From assembly GCF_004010195.1 (NCBI RefSeq), contig NC_057719.1:79159678-79223677 (forward strand): a stretch of DNA of 64,000 nucleotides. The letters run 5' to 3'. A model generated the notes under the pieces. It saw nothing but the letters and a program-made list of their open reading frames with translations. It ran no database searches and was not told where the DNA came from. Position numbers and translations under genes: made by a program. The DNA is from Chiloscyllium plagiosum (lineage: Eukaryota). This document shows positions 38,555 to 52,012 of this stretch, in pieces; the first letter of the stretch is position 1; every line of letters begins with the position of its first letter.

Positions 38555-40185
38555 GGAGAATGTGAGGACTGCAGATGCTGGAGATCAGTTGAAAAGTGTG
38601 GTGCTGGAAAAGCACAGCTAGTCAGGCAGCATCCAAGGAGCAGGAGAATCGACATTTTCGAGCATAAGCTCTTCATTGGGAATGGGGGTGGGGGGGGTGC
38701 CCAAGGGGGCTGAGAGATAAATGGGAAGAGGGCAGGGTTGGGGGGGTGGGAAGGTAGCTGGGAATGTAATAGGTAAATGAATGAGGGTGATGGTGATAGG
38801 TTGAAGAGGAGGGTGGAGTGGATAGATGGGAAGGAAGATGGACNNNNNNNNNNNNNNNNNNNNNNNNNNNNNNNNNNNNNNNNNNNNNNNNNNNNNNNNN
38901 NNNNNNNNNNNNNNNNNNNNNNNNNNNNNNNNNNNNNNNNNNNNNNNNNNNNNNNNNNNNNNNNNNNNNNNNNNNNNNNNNNNNNNNNNNNNNNNNNNNN
39001 NNNNNNNNNNNNNNNNNNNNNNNNNNNNNNNNNNNNNNNNNNNNNNNNNNNNNNNNNNNNNNNNNNNNNNNNNNNNNNNNNNNNNNNNNNNNNNNNNNNN
39101 NNNNNNNNNNNNNNNNNNNNNNNNNNNNNNNNNNNNNNNNNNNNNNNNNNNNNNNNNNNNNNNNNNNNNNNNNNNNNNNNNNNNNNNNNNNNNNNNNNNN
39201 NNNNNNNNNNNNNNNNNNNNNNNNNNNNNNNNNNNNNNNNNNNNNNNNNNNNNNNNNNNNNNNNNNNNNNNNNNNNNNNNNNNNNNNNNNNNNNNNNNNN
39301 NNNNNNNNNNNNNNNNNNNNNNNNNNNNNNNNNNNNNNNNNNNNNNNNNNNNNNNNNNNNNNNNNNNNNNNNNNNNGGTGGAGGATGGTGTGTTGTATCG
39401 GGAGGTGGGGGGGGTGGAAAGTGAGGAGCAGGGGGTTTCTGTCCTTGTTGCGATTGGAAGGTGGGGTTCAAGGGTAGAGGTGTGGGAAGTGGAGGAGGTA
39501 TGCTGCAGGGCATTGTTTACCATATGGGAGGGGAAAGTGTGGTCTTTGAAGAAGTAGGCCATCTGGGATGTTCTATGGTGGAACTGGTCCTTCTGGGAGC
39601 AGATGTGGCAGAGGCAGAGGAATTGGGAATAAGGGATAGTGTTTTTGCAGGAGGCAGGGTGGGAGGAAGTGTTTTCCAGGTAGCTGTGGGAGCTGATGGT
39701 ATAAAAGTAGATGTCCATGTTGAGTCAGTGATCAGTGATGGAGATGGAGAGGTCCAGGAAGGGGAAGGATATGTCCGTGATGGTCTGGGTGGAAGGTGTT
39801 AGTGAAGTTGATGAACTGGTCAACCTCCTCCATGGGAATACAAGGTGATGCCAATACAGTCATCGATGTAGCGGAGAAAAAGGTCGGTGGGTAGGGGGTA
39901 CCTGACAAAGAGGCAGGCATAGCTGGGGCCCATGTGGTGCCCGCAGCTACCCCTTTGGTCAGGAGAAAGTGGGACGATTCGAAAGAGAAATTGTTGAGGG
40001 TGTGGACCCATTCAGCCAAACAAATGAGTGTGTCAGTGGAAGGGTACTGGTAGGGTCGGCGGGAGAGGAAGTAACGGAGGGCTTGGAGGCCCTTGTCATG
40101 GTGGATGGATGTGTACAAGGACTGGATGTCCATGATGAAGATGGGGCATTGGGGGCTGGGTAAACAAAAGCCATGGACTCCTGAG
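38555..40185 (-). mobile_element. Penelope-like element remnant (RT + pLTR), spanning a gap
   Basis: MDIQSLYTSI.H..GLQAL, LNNFSF..HFL.TKGVA.G, MGPSYACLFV, FLRYIDD and SHSYL..SSHPASCKNTIPYSQFL are PLE RT core/thumb motifs. A pLTR-type end with a degenerate hammerhead lies at ~38645-38685. Confidence 0.88.
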
Positions 40186-41074
40186 TTCACATAATGTGTT
40201 TATGGGGCCGAGAGCAGGAACTGGCAGTGGAAGTACACAGCACGGCAGACAGGGAGGATGTGCTCACTCAATAACAGTGACCATAGGATATTGGAAGAAT
40301 GCGCTAGTAAGTTATACAGGTGTTTTGTTAGGGAGGGGGTGCAGCTAGTCATGCGGCATAGGAATGAGCCACAGTGCCAGGAACACAGCAACAATGGTCT
40401 CAGAGCAGCAGCAGCAGGACTACAAAGCTGATGGATTTCATTGGCATTGGGGGTCGGGGGGGTGGGGGTGGGAGCAGTTGATAGCTCTGTGCTGCTAATG
40501 AGACTGGGGCTCAGATAAATCCCCGCAGAGCAACTAGAGCCTCTGGGAAGCTGGGAGTTGGTGTGGCGATTGTCTTGAGCAGTGCTGTCTGCTGGCAAAG
40601 CTGGGTGTGTCCTTGTAATTCCACTGCGCTGCAGTCTCGGGAGTAGAGATTGAGCAGCCGGGGAGGGAGTAATTGTTGGAGCAAATTGACAATTCATTGG
40701 GGGGGTGCGTAACCGAGAAGACTTTGAGGCTGAGTTGGGGTTGTAGTTGAGGAAGATTGAAGGAGGCCACCTGAAATCGCTCACAAGGAAGATAGAGTTT
40801 ACAAGTTTTTTTTTGTCACTCTGTGATCGTTTGTTTGCTGGATGGATTGCCAATAAGATTTTTGGCATCTATCTGAGATACATGGACCATTTAATATGAC
40901 GTTTGTGGTGTATTGAACCTCAATTTACCTCATGATTAGCTCATGTTAGTTCTGGATGATAAAGTATTAAATAGCAATGACTATTTGCTCTGCTGCCTCT
41001 TTTGTAGTAATTTTCTTAAGTTTCTTTTAAATCTTGCTTCCAGTTACTGGTCTATGAGCAGATTGTTATCATAA

Positions 41075-43230
41075 AGTCATAGAGATGTACAGCACGGTAA
41101 CCAACCCTTTGTTCCAACTCGTCCATACCCGACCAGATATCCCATTTGCCAGCACTTAGCCCATATCCCTCTAAACCCTTCCTATTTATATACCCATCCA
41201 GATGCCTTTTAAATGTTGCAATTGTACCAGCCTCCACCACTTCCTGTGGCAGCTCATTCCATACACGCACGACACTCTGCATGAAACAGTTTCCCTTCGG
41301 TCCCTTTTAAATTTTAATCCTCCCACCCTAAACCTTTGCCCTCTAGCTCTGGACTCCCACACCCCAGGGAAAAGACTTTGTCTATTTATCCCATCCATGC
41401 CCTTCATGATTTTATAAACCTCTAGAAGGTCACCCCTCAGCCTCTGATGCTGTGGGGAAAATAGCCCCAGCTTATTCAGCCTCTCCATATAGGTCAAACA
41501 CTCCAACATTGGCAACATATTTGTAAATCTTTTCTAAGGCTTTCATGTTTCACAACATCCTTCCAGTAGGAGAGAGACAAGAATTGCAAACAATATTCCA
41601 ACAGTGGCCTAACCAATGTCCTGTACAGCCGCAACATGGCCTCCCAACTCCTATACTCAATACTCTGACCAATAAAGGAAAGCATACCAACCGTTGTCTT
41701 CACTATCCTATCTACCTGCGACTCCACTTTCAAGGAATCCTGAACCTGCACTCCAAGGGTCTCTTTGTTCAGCAACACTCCCCAGGACCTTACCATTAAG
41801 TGTATAAGTCCTGCTCTGATTTGCCTTTCCAAAATGCAACACTTCACATTTATCTAAATTAAACTCCATCTGCCACTTCTCAGCCCATTGGCCAATCTGA
41901 TCAAAAGCCTGTTGATCAAGGTAACCTCCTTCGTTGTCTACTACACCTCCAATTTTGGTGTCATCTGCAAACTTACTAAGTATCCTTCCAATGTTCATAT
42001 CCAAATCATTTATATAAATGACAAAAGGAAGTGGACCCAGCACCGATCCTTGTGGCACTCCACTGGTCACAGGCCTCCAGCCTGAAAAACAACGCTCCAC
42101 CACCACCCTCTGTCTTCTACCTTTGAGACAGTTCTGTATCCAAATGGCTAGTTCTTCCTGTATGCCATGAGATCTAACTTTGCTAATCAGTCTACAACTT
42201 GTCAAACATCTTACTGAAGTCCATATAGATCACATCCTTCCCTTTGCCCTCATCAGTCTTCGTTATTTCTTCAAAAAATTTAATCAAGCTCTTGAGACGC
42301 AATTTCCCATACACAACTGTGTTGACTATCCCTAATTAGTCATTACCTTTCCAAATGCATGTAAATCCTGTCTGTCAGGATTTCCTCCAACAGCTTACCC
42401 ACCACCGACGGCAGGCTCACTGGCCTATAATTCCCTGGCTTGTCCTTACCTTCTTTCTTGAATAGTGGTACTACATTAGCTAACCTCCAGTCTTCCGGCA
42501 CCTCACCTGTGACTATCGATGATCCAAATATCTCAGCAAGGGGCCCAGCAATCACTTCCCTAGCTTCCCACAGAGTTCTAGGGTACATCTGGTCAGGTTC
42601 TGGAGATTTATCCACTTTTGTGAGTTTCAAGACATCCAGCGCTACCTCCTTTGTAATATGGACATTTTTCAAGATGTCACCATCTACATCCCCACATTCT
42701 GCATCTTCCATGTCCTTCTGCACAGTAAACATTGATGCAAAATACTAGTTTAGTATCTTTTCCATCTCCTGTGGTCCCGCACATAGGCTGCCTTGCTGAC
42801 TTTTTGAGGGGCCCTATTCTCTCCCTAGTTACTTTTTTGACATTAATAAAATCCCTTTGGATTCTCCTTAACCCTATTTGCCAAAACTATCCCATGTCCC
42901 CTTTTTGCCCTCCTGATTTCCCTCTGAAGTATACTCCTACTACCTTTATACTCTTCTCAGGATTTACTCAATCTCTGCTGTCTATACCTGGCATATGCTT
43001 CCTTTTTCTTGACCAAACCTCAACCTCAATTTCTCTAGTCATTCAGCATTCCCTACACCCCACCAGCCTTGTCTTTCATCTGAACAGGAATATACTGTCT
43101 GTGGACTCTCATTATCTCATTTCTGAAGGCTTCCATTTTCCAACCGCCCTTTTACCTGCTAACATCTGCCCCCAATCAACTTTTGAAAGTTCTTGCCTAA
43201 AACCATTAAAATTGGCCTTCCTCCAATTTC
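41075..43230 (-). mobile_element. 5'-truncated, frameshifted CR1 LINE ORF2 (~2.1 kb)
   Basis: VPEDWRLANVVPLFKK..PGNYRPVSL, SGVPQGSVLGPL.FVIYINDLD, KFADDTKIGG, WAEKWQMEFN, LVRPLLEYC, followed by the 3' UTR. Confidence 0.95.
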
Positions 43231-45525
43231 TGTCGAGAGCTTCCTTATTTTCCTTCCTGCAATTGCTGACTTCCACCTGATTGGGTCTTGATTTAATACC
43301 TCATTCAAAAGACAGTCCCACTGACAATGAAACATTTCCTGAGTGCTGCATTGTAGTATCAGACTAAATTTGAGTGTTCCAGCTGACCCACTGTCAATAA
43401 TTAAGGGCTTTTTCTTTCATTCATTTAAGGGATGTGGAAATCACTCAAACTTATTGCCCATCCCTAGTTGCCTTTGAGAAGGTGAGAGTGAACTGCATTT
43501 GCTGCAGGTAGATCCATTATGTTGCTAAAGGGGGCATTCCAGGATTTTGACCCAGCAGCACTGAAGGAATGGTGATATATTTCCAAGTCAGGATAATGAG
43601 TGTGCTGGAGGGAAACTGGTAGGTGTTACCATATGTTTGCTGCCCTTGTCCTTCTAGACAGTTGTAGGCTGGGAAGGTGCTATTGAGGATTTTCTGCAGT
43701 GCATCTTGTAGGTGGTACAGACTGTTGCTACTGGAAGTTGGCAGTGAAGCGAGTGAATATTTTGGGTATGTTGCCAATTGAGTAAACTGCTTTGTCCTGA
43801 ATTGTATCAAGCACTTGTGTTGTTGGAGTTGTACTCCCTCAGACAAGTGGGGAATATTCCTGACTTGCTGGAGAAACTCAGCAGGTCTGGCTGCATCTGT
43901 GGCGGGAGAAATAGAATTAACATTCTGAGTCCAATATGGTTCAGTTTTGGTTTTAATGAAGTAGTCTGTCTCGGAAACCCAAGCATGCAAATTTCTGATA
44001 ATAGGAACAAAGATAAAATCGAATAATTGAAACTATCTATTTATAAAACAAATTTAACCACTGTAGCACAATAATCCTATTAATCTCAAAACACTCCTTT
44101 ATAAATTGAAAAGAAACAAGCAGCTTTTGTATGCACGCAACACGCCTTGTACAGTTTTCAATACACTCCAGTATCGAACATCTCAATAGGTTTAAGGCTC
44201 TCGAGAGTACAGTTATTAAACTGGAACTGCAGTAGCTTCTTCCAGAAGCTATCATGTACTTGGATGTCACTGCACTGGGCCTAAATAACCATATCTGAGT
44301 TTTATATAGTCTGGAATAGCACTAGCTCTTCACTGTAAGGACCTAACTCACTATATCCTTTATAGGCTCCATTATTTATCAGACTGGGTTGCAAACAAAC
44401 TAAACAAAAATCCATCGGTGCACTAAAACCCACTCATTCTACAACCAGGCTTCAAAAACTCTTTCCTTAAAGAAATCAGCATGGTTACAGAAATATTTAC
44501 AAGTTGATTATTAACTTCACACACGCACAGATAACTACCATTTAAAAGTTATACATGCAAGTCTCCCACTTTACACTGTGGGGAGCGAGTAACTCAATTT
44601 TTCAGAGTAGATCAGTCCCCTTGCCCTCCCATGCTTCCTGCCTATTGTCAATGTCTCTTTAGAGGGAATTGAACAGAAAGCTCCCAAATTTGATATCTGC
44701 TGACAATCTTGGGCTTGCTGACTATGGTGGTGGGGAGAAGTTAGGACATATTCTTGGTGTGGTTTCCCTAGTCTAGAATCTTCTCAGAAGAACCGGCATT
44801 AATGCAAGATGAAGATCTCAACTCAGTTGGATTCTTGCCTTGTTTTTAAAAGAAAATTTTTTAGAATTGAGAAGCTTGAAAGCAATTGGTAGTTCTGAGG
44901 TTGAAAATTGGAGCGAGGAAGAGCAGATAAGTCAGAAAAACTGTGGTGAGACTGTAGGAACTCGGGATTGAAGATTTTCGAAGGAAAGCCCGGCTGAGAG
45001 AGTTGTGAGAAGTTCACTGTTTTGAAGTTCAGAGGAAGAAAGACATGGCATAGAAGGTAGAGTGAAGGGCCCTGATTATGATAGTGTAGACAGAGGGCAG
45101 CATATGATTTGGTTGGAACAGAGTAAATGCAAGTTAACAGTAACACCGTTTTATAGACATTATTATGTGCAAAGTCCAAAAAGGCTTAGAAATTATAAAT
45201 GGGAGACGCATCCTACCACGGGCAAAGACTAATTTCAGCTCCCTATTTTATACGGAAGAAAAGCTTCAACCAGTTGACTAGTTTGGCTCTTCAAGCTTAT
45301 TCTATCCACAGAGAAGATTCAATATAGCAGGGAGATAACTATTTCTATGTCATTAGTGGAAGTGTTCCAACATAATGATTCTGATACTATTGCTGTTGAA
45401 CATTGTATTTGGGAGTTTTTTTAAAAATTATAGATGTAATTAGATCCAATCTGTCTAAAACCCATTCTGCTGTAGTTCACTGTGCTCTGCCTGTCCTAAT
45501 GATTTTTATTTACCTTCTCTTGCAG

Positions 45526-45677
45526 GTGACAAACTACCAAGGGCAGATGCAGGAAGAGACCGAATTGTGCAGCCGAATGAGCAAGTGATGTTAAGTGGGT
45601 TGGCAAGTAGAGATGACTTTAGAATTGTCAGTTTTGATTGGAAGCTCCTCGAGGGAGATCCCTCTGTGAAGTTAGAG
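45526..45677 (+). CDS. SPINT1: SPINT1 coding exon 2: N-terminal half of PKD-like internal domain
   Basis: Acceptor ttctcttgcag|, donor GAG|gtatct. 152 nt, phase 1 to 0. Reads (G)DKLPRADAGRDRIVQPNEQVMLSGLASRDDFRIVSFDWKLLEGDPSVKLE, in frame with both neighbouring exons. This frame is not in the ORF track. Confidence 0.9.
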
Positions 45678-46399
45678 GTATCTATGCATTTACAGATATA
45701 ATCTATTTGTTGATGTATTGTTATCAAATTACAATTTCTTGTATTTCAACTAATAGGAAGGGGTCTTTTTTTCTTTATGTCAAATGTCAGTTTGGCCTTC
45801 TGAGCAGGGAATATTGTTATTATTTATCCACTGTTTGACTCTACCCCTTGATGTTCCACATATTTCTATGTTTGATCTGTTGCCCCTCACAATTTGGTTA
45901 AAAATGCATTCTACTCTCCTCTTACTTGGTTCATAAGGTCACATTGGCCCCAGCACAATTCAGGCCATAGAGTCATAGAGATGTACAGCACGGAAACAGA
46001 CCCTTCAGTCCAACTCGTCCATGCCGACCAGATATCCCAACCTAAACTAGTCCCATTTGCTAGCACTTGGCTCATATCCCTCCAAACCCTCCTTCTTCAT
46101 CTACCCATCCAGATGCCTTTTTAAATAATGCAGCTGTACCAGAGTCCACCACTTCCTCTGGCAACTCATTCCATACACTCACCACCCTCTGTGTGAAGTG
46201 TAGATCATCTTGAAAGTACAGCCTCCTTTTTCCACAACATTGGGCTAATGACCCGCAAACTGAAACCCATTTCTCCTCCGTCAGTTTGTGAGCCAAGTAT
46301 TAATCTCGCTAATGTATGCAAACTACACCAGAAATTAGAACCTCTTGAGATACTGTTTTTCGGTTCATTACTCTATATGCATGACCTCTGTCTTAATTT

Positions 46400-47167
46400 G
46401 GCATTGTCGGTATATTCATGCACCGCGATAACCATAGCTACTTTCGACTGCAAGTTTCTTTCCAGCCCTGAGTATACATCCTGAATCTTGGCATTGCACA
46501 CGAAATACAGCAGTGTAGCATCTCATCCTTCCTACATCCACCCCTGTCCCCACAACCCTCCCTTTCTACACCTCTCATTCTTTCCCCATCTCTGCCTCCC
46601 ACTCCCCACTTTCTGTCTCTCCCCATTAGCTCCCAGGCCACAGTACAGAGCATGTCCATTATAACACATGTCTACTGCCATGTCATATTGGATGCCTTGC
46701 TAACAAAAATTAAAAGAATTGATAGATTTTCCTTTTGGAGGTTTTGGCAGACTAAAATTTTCAATAGCCCACTTTTTAAAAAAAAAAATCATTTGTGTCC
46801 TCATATATTTCTGCTCCTGGTTTTTGTCATTGAACAAATTTTACAGAGCTTTCTAAGTTTTAATTTTACATCATCTTGAGAATGTTAAGTTTTTTTTTCT
46901 TTAACATTCACAGATGCATTGAAGAAAATCCAAATTTTTCTCAAGTATAACACTCCCAATCCCTGGTAACCTCCCAGTGAATCTATGCTACACCTGTCCC
47001 CACTGCTTTTGCATGCTCTGTAAAGGGAGTATATTCGGCATTGTCGATACATTCACGCACCATGATAACCAAATCTTCGCCTTTTGACTGCATGTTCCTC
47101 TCCAGCCCTGAGTATACGTCCTGAATCTTGACAGGACATACAGCAATGTAGCATCTCATCCTTCCTA
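46400..47167. repeat. Two diverged direct copies of a ~130-bp sequence (46400-46534, 47037-47167)
   Basis: Shared ggcattgtcg..tccagccctgagtatac.tcctgaatcttg..gtagcatctcatccttccta. Confidence 0.85.
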
Positions 47168-47522
47168 TTATCTATCCTCTGTCCAGTACAATATCCAATA
47201 TGACTGCTGCAATAATAACCAAACAAATGCAGGAAATATTCACCAGGCCAGGGATTTTCTGCAAAGAGAAACATTTAACAAATCCAGTTGATGTTCTTTT
47301 GTTTTTTTTTTCATATTCATTCAGGAATATGGGTGTGATTTACTTGGTTGGCATTTATTGTCCATCCCTAGTTGTCCTTAAGAAGGTGGTGTTAAGCTGC
47401 TTTCGCGAAGCACTGTAGGTAAACACCGTAGTGCCGTTAGACAGGCAGTTCCAGCATATTAACCCATTAGGAAATTGGTAATATATTTCCTTGTTGGAAT
47501 GATTTTTAAAATTTCATTCATG

Positions 47523-47890
47523 AGACCTTGTAGAAGTTCATAAAATCATGAGGGCCGTCAATAGAATGAATAGCCAAGGACTTCTCCCTCGGGTGGTGGA
47601 GTCCAAAACTAGAGGGCATAAGTTTAAGGTGAGAGCGGATAGATTTAAAAGGGACCTAAGGGGCAACTTTTTCATGCAGAGGGTGGTGCATGTTTGAGAA
47701 TGAACTGCCAAAGGAAGCGGTGGGGGCTGGTATGATTACATAAATTAAAAGTCATCTGGACGGGTACATGAATAGGAAGGGTTTACAGGGATGTGGAACC
47801 AATGGTGGCAAATGGGATTAGATTAATTTTGGATATCTGGTCGGCATTAGTCTAACTGATCTGTTACCGTACTGTATAACTCCTATGACT
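47523..47890 (+). mobile_element. CR1 3' fragment
   Basis: Matches the other CR1 3' ends. Further short copies lie at ~22430, 37680, 45968, 51365 and 54447. Confidence 0.8.
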
Positions 47891-48269
47891 CCGCGTTGTC
47901 GCAGTTCACCAAAACCTTAACAACACACACGTTTTCCAACACTTGGCCCAAAAAGCCTTATGATATGGTATTTCATTCGCTCATTTAAACAGTTTTTGCG
48001 TGTCTTGAGGATTCCCTCTTTAGCACTCTTTCAGGCAGTGAGTTCAATATACTGTCAACCCGCTGGCTGAGAAAAATATTTCCTCAAATCTCCTCTTTAT
48101 CTTAAGACTGTGTGCCCTTTGGGTTTTGCTGTCTATCTTCCCTGTCTTTGCCCCTCGGAACTTTGTACACCTCCATCAGATTCCCCCTCAGCCTTCTCGG
48201 CGCTAAGAAGAATAACTCCTGCCTATCACATGTCTCTTCATTAGCAATATCCTGGTGCGTCGTTGAGGT

Positions 48270-48495
48270 GACATGATGGCTCAGTGGTTAGCAATGCTGC
48301 CTAACAGCACCAGGGACCCGGGTTCGATTCCAATCTCGGGTGACTGCAGATTCCACGCAGCCATTCTCCTCCGGTTCCCTCTGGGGGCTCTGTCTTCCTC
48401 CACAAACCGGGTATGTGCAGGTTAGGTAGGTTGGCCATGGGAAATGCAGGGCTACAGGGGCCGAATGGCCTGTTTCCACGCTGTAGGGATTCTAC
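48270..48495 (+). mobile_element. V-SINE copy (internally deleted)
   Basis: Head, B box and tail present. Confidence 0.75.
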
Positions 48496-48685
48496 GATCT
48501 GGGCGTCAAACTTTGGAGTTTTCATGTAACCATTGGCAACCCCTAGTACCTTCCAAAATGCTCCCTTAAACCCATCTCTGTGTCAGCGAACGTTTGGTTG
48601 TCTGCCTCACCATCTCTTTGGCTTGGTTTCAAATGTTCTTTCAAGGTTAGAATGGTGCTGGAAAAGCACAGCAGGCAGCATCCTC

Positions 48686-48720
48686 ATTCCTGATGAAGGG
48701 CTTTTGCCCGAAACATTGAT
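48686..48720 (+). ncRNA. PLE-type hammerhead motif with degenerate cleavage site
   Basis: ATTC-CTGATGA-A-GGGC-TTTT-GCCC-GAAA-CATT. The core is intact but ACGTC has become ACATT, consistent with CpG decay. Confidence 0.55.
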
Positions 48721-51689
48721 TTCCCTGCTCCTCAGATGCTGCCTGACGTGCTGTGCTTTTCCAGCACCACGCTAATCTAGACTCTGATCTCCAGTATCTG
48801 CAGTACCCACTTTCGTCTTCAAATTTTCTTTGGCTGCTATGAAAGGCCTTTGGACATTATTGATCTGCTAAAGGTAATATGCAAATGTGAATTGTCGCAA
48901 ATGGTTTTGTAAGTCCCTAGTAGTGAGCTACAGACGGCAATAAAATCAAGTATTGAGCCACACCCTAGTTTTATTTGGAAGTGTGCTGGGAAATGCCAGC
49001 GGTATCCAGTAACTGAGAAAATCAGTTGCGGGTCATTAGATTGTGGTGATTGTGGAGAAAAAAAAGAGGCTGTTCTCATTTATATTGAATAGAAATGTTG
49101 GGCTTTGCACATTATAAAGATGTTGCATTATCTCAGTCCTTTTTGATCAGCTCTGGTGATTTGTTTATTGTTGAGTTTGCCCTGCCCTGGTTGCCCTGGT
49201 AACATTACACTGTAATATGATGTGATACTAACAGGGCTGATTAGTTTCTGGCAAGGCCTTAGTTTTGAGTCTCATCAATGACATCCTTGTTACCTCACCC
49301 CAATTCTTCTTTTNNNNNNNNNNNNNNNNNNNNNNNNNNNNNNNNNNNNNNNNNNNNNNNNNNNNNNNNNNNNNNNNNNNNNNNNNNNNNNNNNNNNNNN
49401 NNNNNNNNNNNNNNNNNNNNNNNNNNNNNNNNNNNNNNNNNNNNNNNNNNNNNNNNNNNNNNNNNNNNNNNNCCACCCCCACCAGTCTGCCTTAATTCCT
49501 TTCCCCCCCCTCCTTCTCCCCATCTGCCTCCCCCTTTCCTGTCCCAGGTTTGACAGGAAACTGACTGCATCCAGGTGTGAACAGGACTTTGGTGTTTGAG
49601 GAGAGGGTAGGTCATGAGGTTTCTGAGAGAGCAGAGTTTGGTTTTGCTCTCGTTGTGTGGTTTGATGCCTGTGTTTTGTTGGTGTAGGAGAAACTGAACC
49701 AGCCAGTCCAACCAGTGCTGGATTAAATAGTAGCTAGGAACGTGCTCCAACCTGAGCTGGCTCCTGCCTACTCTCTCGGAGTGTCTGACTGAATCCCAAC
49801 TATCCACTTGGATTCCGGGCCTTTGCTGCCAGGTCACACTGACAGTGATGGTAACTCTGTACGTTGTGACAGGTGGGGAAAGTGGGTGCCGGCCTAACCA
49901 TCAATAAATGGTAGACATCATTCTGAGCCCACTGTATACACACCAGCCTCAACTTTTATGGCAATGGTTCGAGGTCAGTTGTTACATCAAACTTTCAGGA
50001 GATAGGCAATTAAATTGAGTTCCTTGTGCACGGTTTGGAAGCTGACTTAAATCTAGTCCGTGCTGGCTGGGTTTTCCAGGACTCAGTAATCTGGACAGTA
50101 AAATGGAGGCGGAAGCTGAGTGCTTCTGAAGTTTATACTTCCTTAGGGTCCTCCTTGTGGAGCAGGCGACTGTCTTCTCTGGCACCTTGGGGAAGCCTTG
50201 AGCCACCTCTGCGCTTACTAGGCAAAGCCAGTGTCCTCTCCTCTCTGCCCAACCTGACACCACCTCCCAACTCCCCCCACTCCTTGGACTATCACCAAGG
50301 GCTTCCTCCTGTAGGTTCTGTTACCTGATGACTACTAAATGGGAGACATTACCATGGATCTTCCGACACTAGCCATCTTGGGTGTTTTCCCCCTCACCTC
50401 CATAATATTGGGCCCAGTGGCACTTGTATTATTGCTCAGCTCACACACCACACAAGAGCCTGTGTCTTTAAGACAGCTGCCTGACATTGTGTCACGTGAT
50501 GTTCTGGTACCGAGGTAACCCTCCCTCACCTTTTAGTCACTAGCTGTGACCAGGATTCAGTTGTAGCTACTCAGTTATGGGGGTGTACTGGAATAGTGTA
50601 ATTGAGCACAGAAACCAGACAGCCTTGGATTTTTCTTTGTGGTGTCAATAATCTTCAAGACATGTGACTCAATAGAACTTGACTGTCTGTGGTATTTATT
50701 GCGTAGACTCAACATACAGCAAACCACAAACGACATCAATTATATCTTGAATGTAAACCTTAAGGAGACTGATTTCGTGTCCAACCTAAAACTAGATAAA
50801 CACTCGCACTTAATGACCAGGGCCCCAAATGGTAGTTCTTTCCCAGTCTTGGCTTTTTAAAGGGCCTTTATCTTCCCAGGAATTGCTTTGTAGATGTTTT
50901 AAGTGAGTAGCCAATTAAAAATTGTCGTCGATGAGCTGTCAGCTACGGTTGACGGTTTCTGACATTGCTCATCTAGGATGGCCATGGGTCAGTGTGGGAC
51001 ACTCTCTGGCTTGTTTTGAAGGATTGTGGGTCTGGGGGTTTGGAGCCTTGAGCCCGCTATATTGACCGATGGCCAGTGTGAGTATGGACTGAGAGCTCAT
51101 TTTAATAAACAAACTTAGATTTCAGGTAATGCTGGCAAGGCCAGCGTTCCTTGCCCATCCCTACCTGCCCTTGAACTGTGTAACACAGTTGCCCTCTGTG
51201 GGGCACAATCAGTCCAACCTGATGCTGTGGCCTGGAACCAAATGTAGGCCGAGCTGGGTAAGAATAGCAGATTTTTCAATTCTGAAGGACGTGTGAATGA
51301 GGGAGAGCGGTTTTAACCCGAACCCTATCACTATTATTGAGAATGGCTTTATATTCGTTATGGAGTTCGAGAGTTATACAGCACGAAAACAGACCCTACG
51401 GTTCAACCAGATATCCTAAATTAATCTACTCCCATTGGCCAGTATTGGCCCACATCCCTCTAAACCCTTCTTATTCACGTGCCCACCCAGACGCCTTTTA
51501 AATGTTGTAATTGTACCAGCCTCCTCCACTTACTCTGGCAGCTCATTCCACACACGCACCACCCTCTGGGTGAAAAAGTTGCTCTTTACAGGTCCCTTTT
51601 AAATCTTCTTCCTCTCACCTTGAAAGGTCTTTGCAACTCTTTCTTTCTCAAAAGTCCAATGCAAGCAGAATCTGTGGATATTTTTTTTT

Positions 51690-52006
51690 AGATTAGATTA
51701 GATTACATTACAGTATGGAAACAGGCCCTTCGGCCCAACAAGTCCACACCGACCCGCCGAAGCGAAACCCACCCATACCCCCACATTTACCCCTTACCTA
51801 ACACTACGGGCAATTTAGTATGGCCAATTCACCTGGCCCTGCACATCTTTGGACTGTGGGAGGAAACCGGAGCACCCGGAGGAAACCCACGCAGACACGG
51901 GGAGAACGTGCAAACTCCACACAGTCAGTCGCCTGAGGCGGGAATTGAACCCGGGTCTCTGGCGCTGTGAGGCAGCAGTGCTAACCACTGTGCCACCGTG
52001 CCGCCC
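51690..52006 (-). mobile_element. Full-length young tRNA-derived V-SINE (HE1-like)
   Basis: A box TGGCACAGTGG, B box GGTTCAATTCC, V-domain-like GGGTTTCCTCCGGGTGCTCCGGTTTCCTCCCACAGTCCAAAGA, CR1-like 3' end and (TAATC)n tail. Very similar to the copy at 11309. Confidence 0.92.
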
Positions 52007-52012
52007 AATAAG

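Noticed and set aside
38645..38685. Additional hammerhead-like motifs here and at ~28135-28172 and ~15540-15570
   Set aside because: The catalytic core is mutated (for example CCAATGA instead of CTGATGA), so they are relics only.
40200..40868. 222-aa minus-strand ORF
   Set aside because: Pro/Ser-rich with no recognisable motif or splice support, and it lies next to a PLE remnant. Probably decayed repeat sequence.
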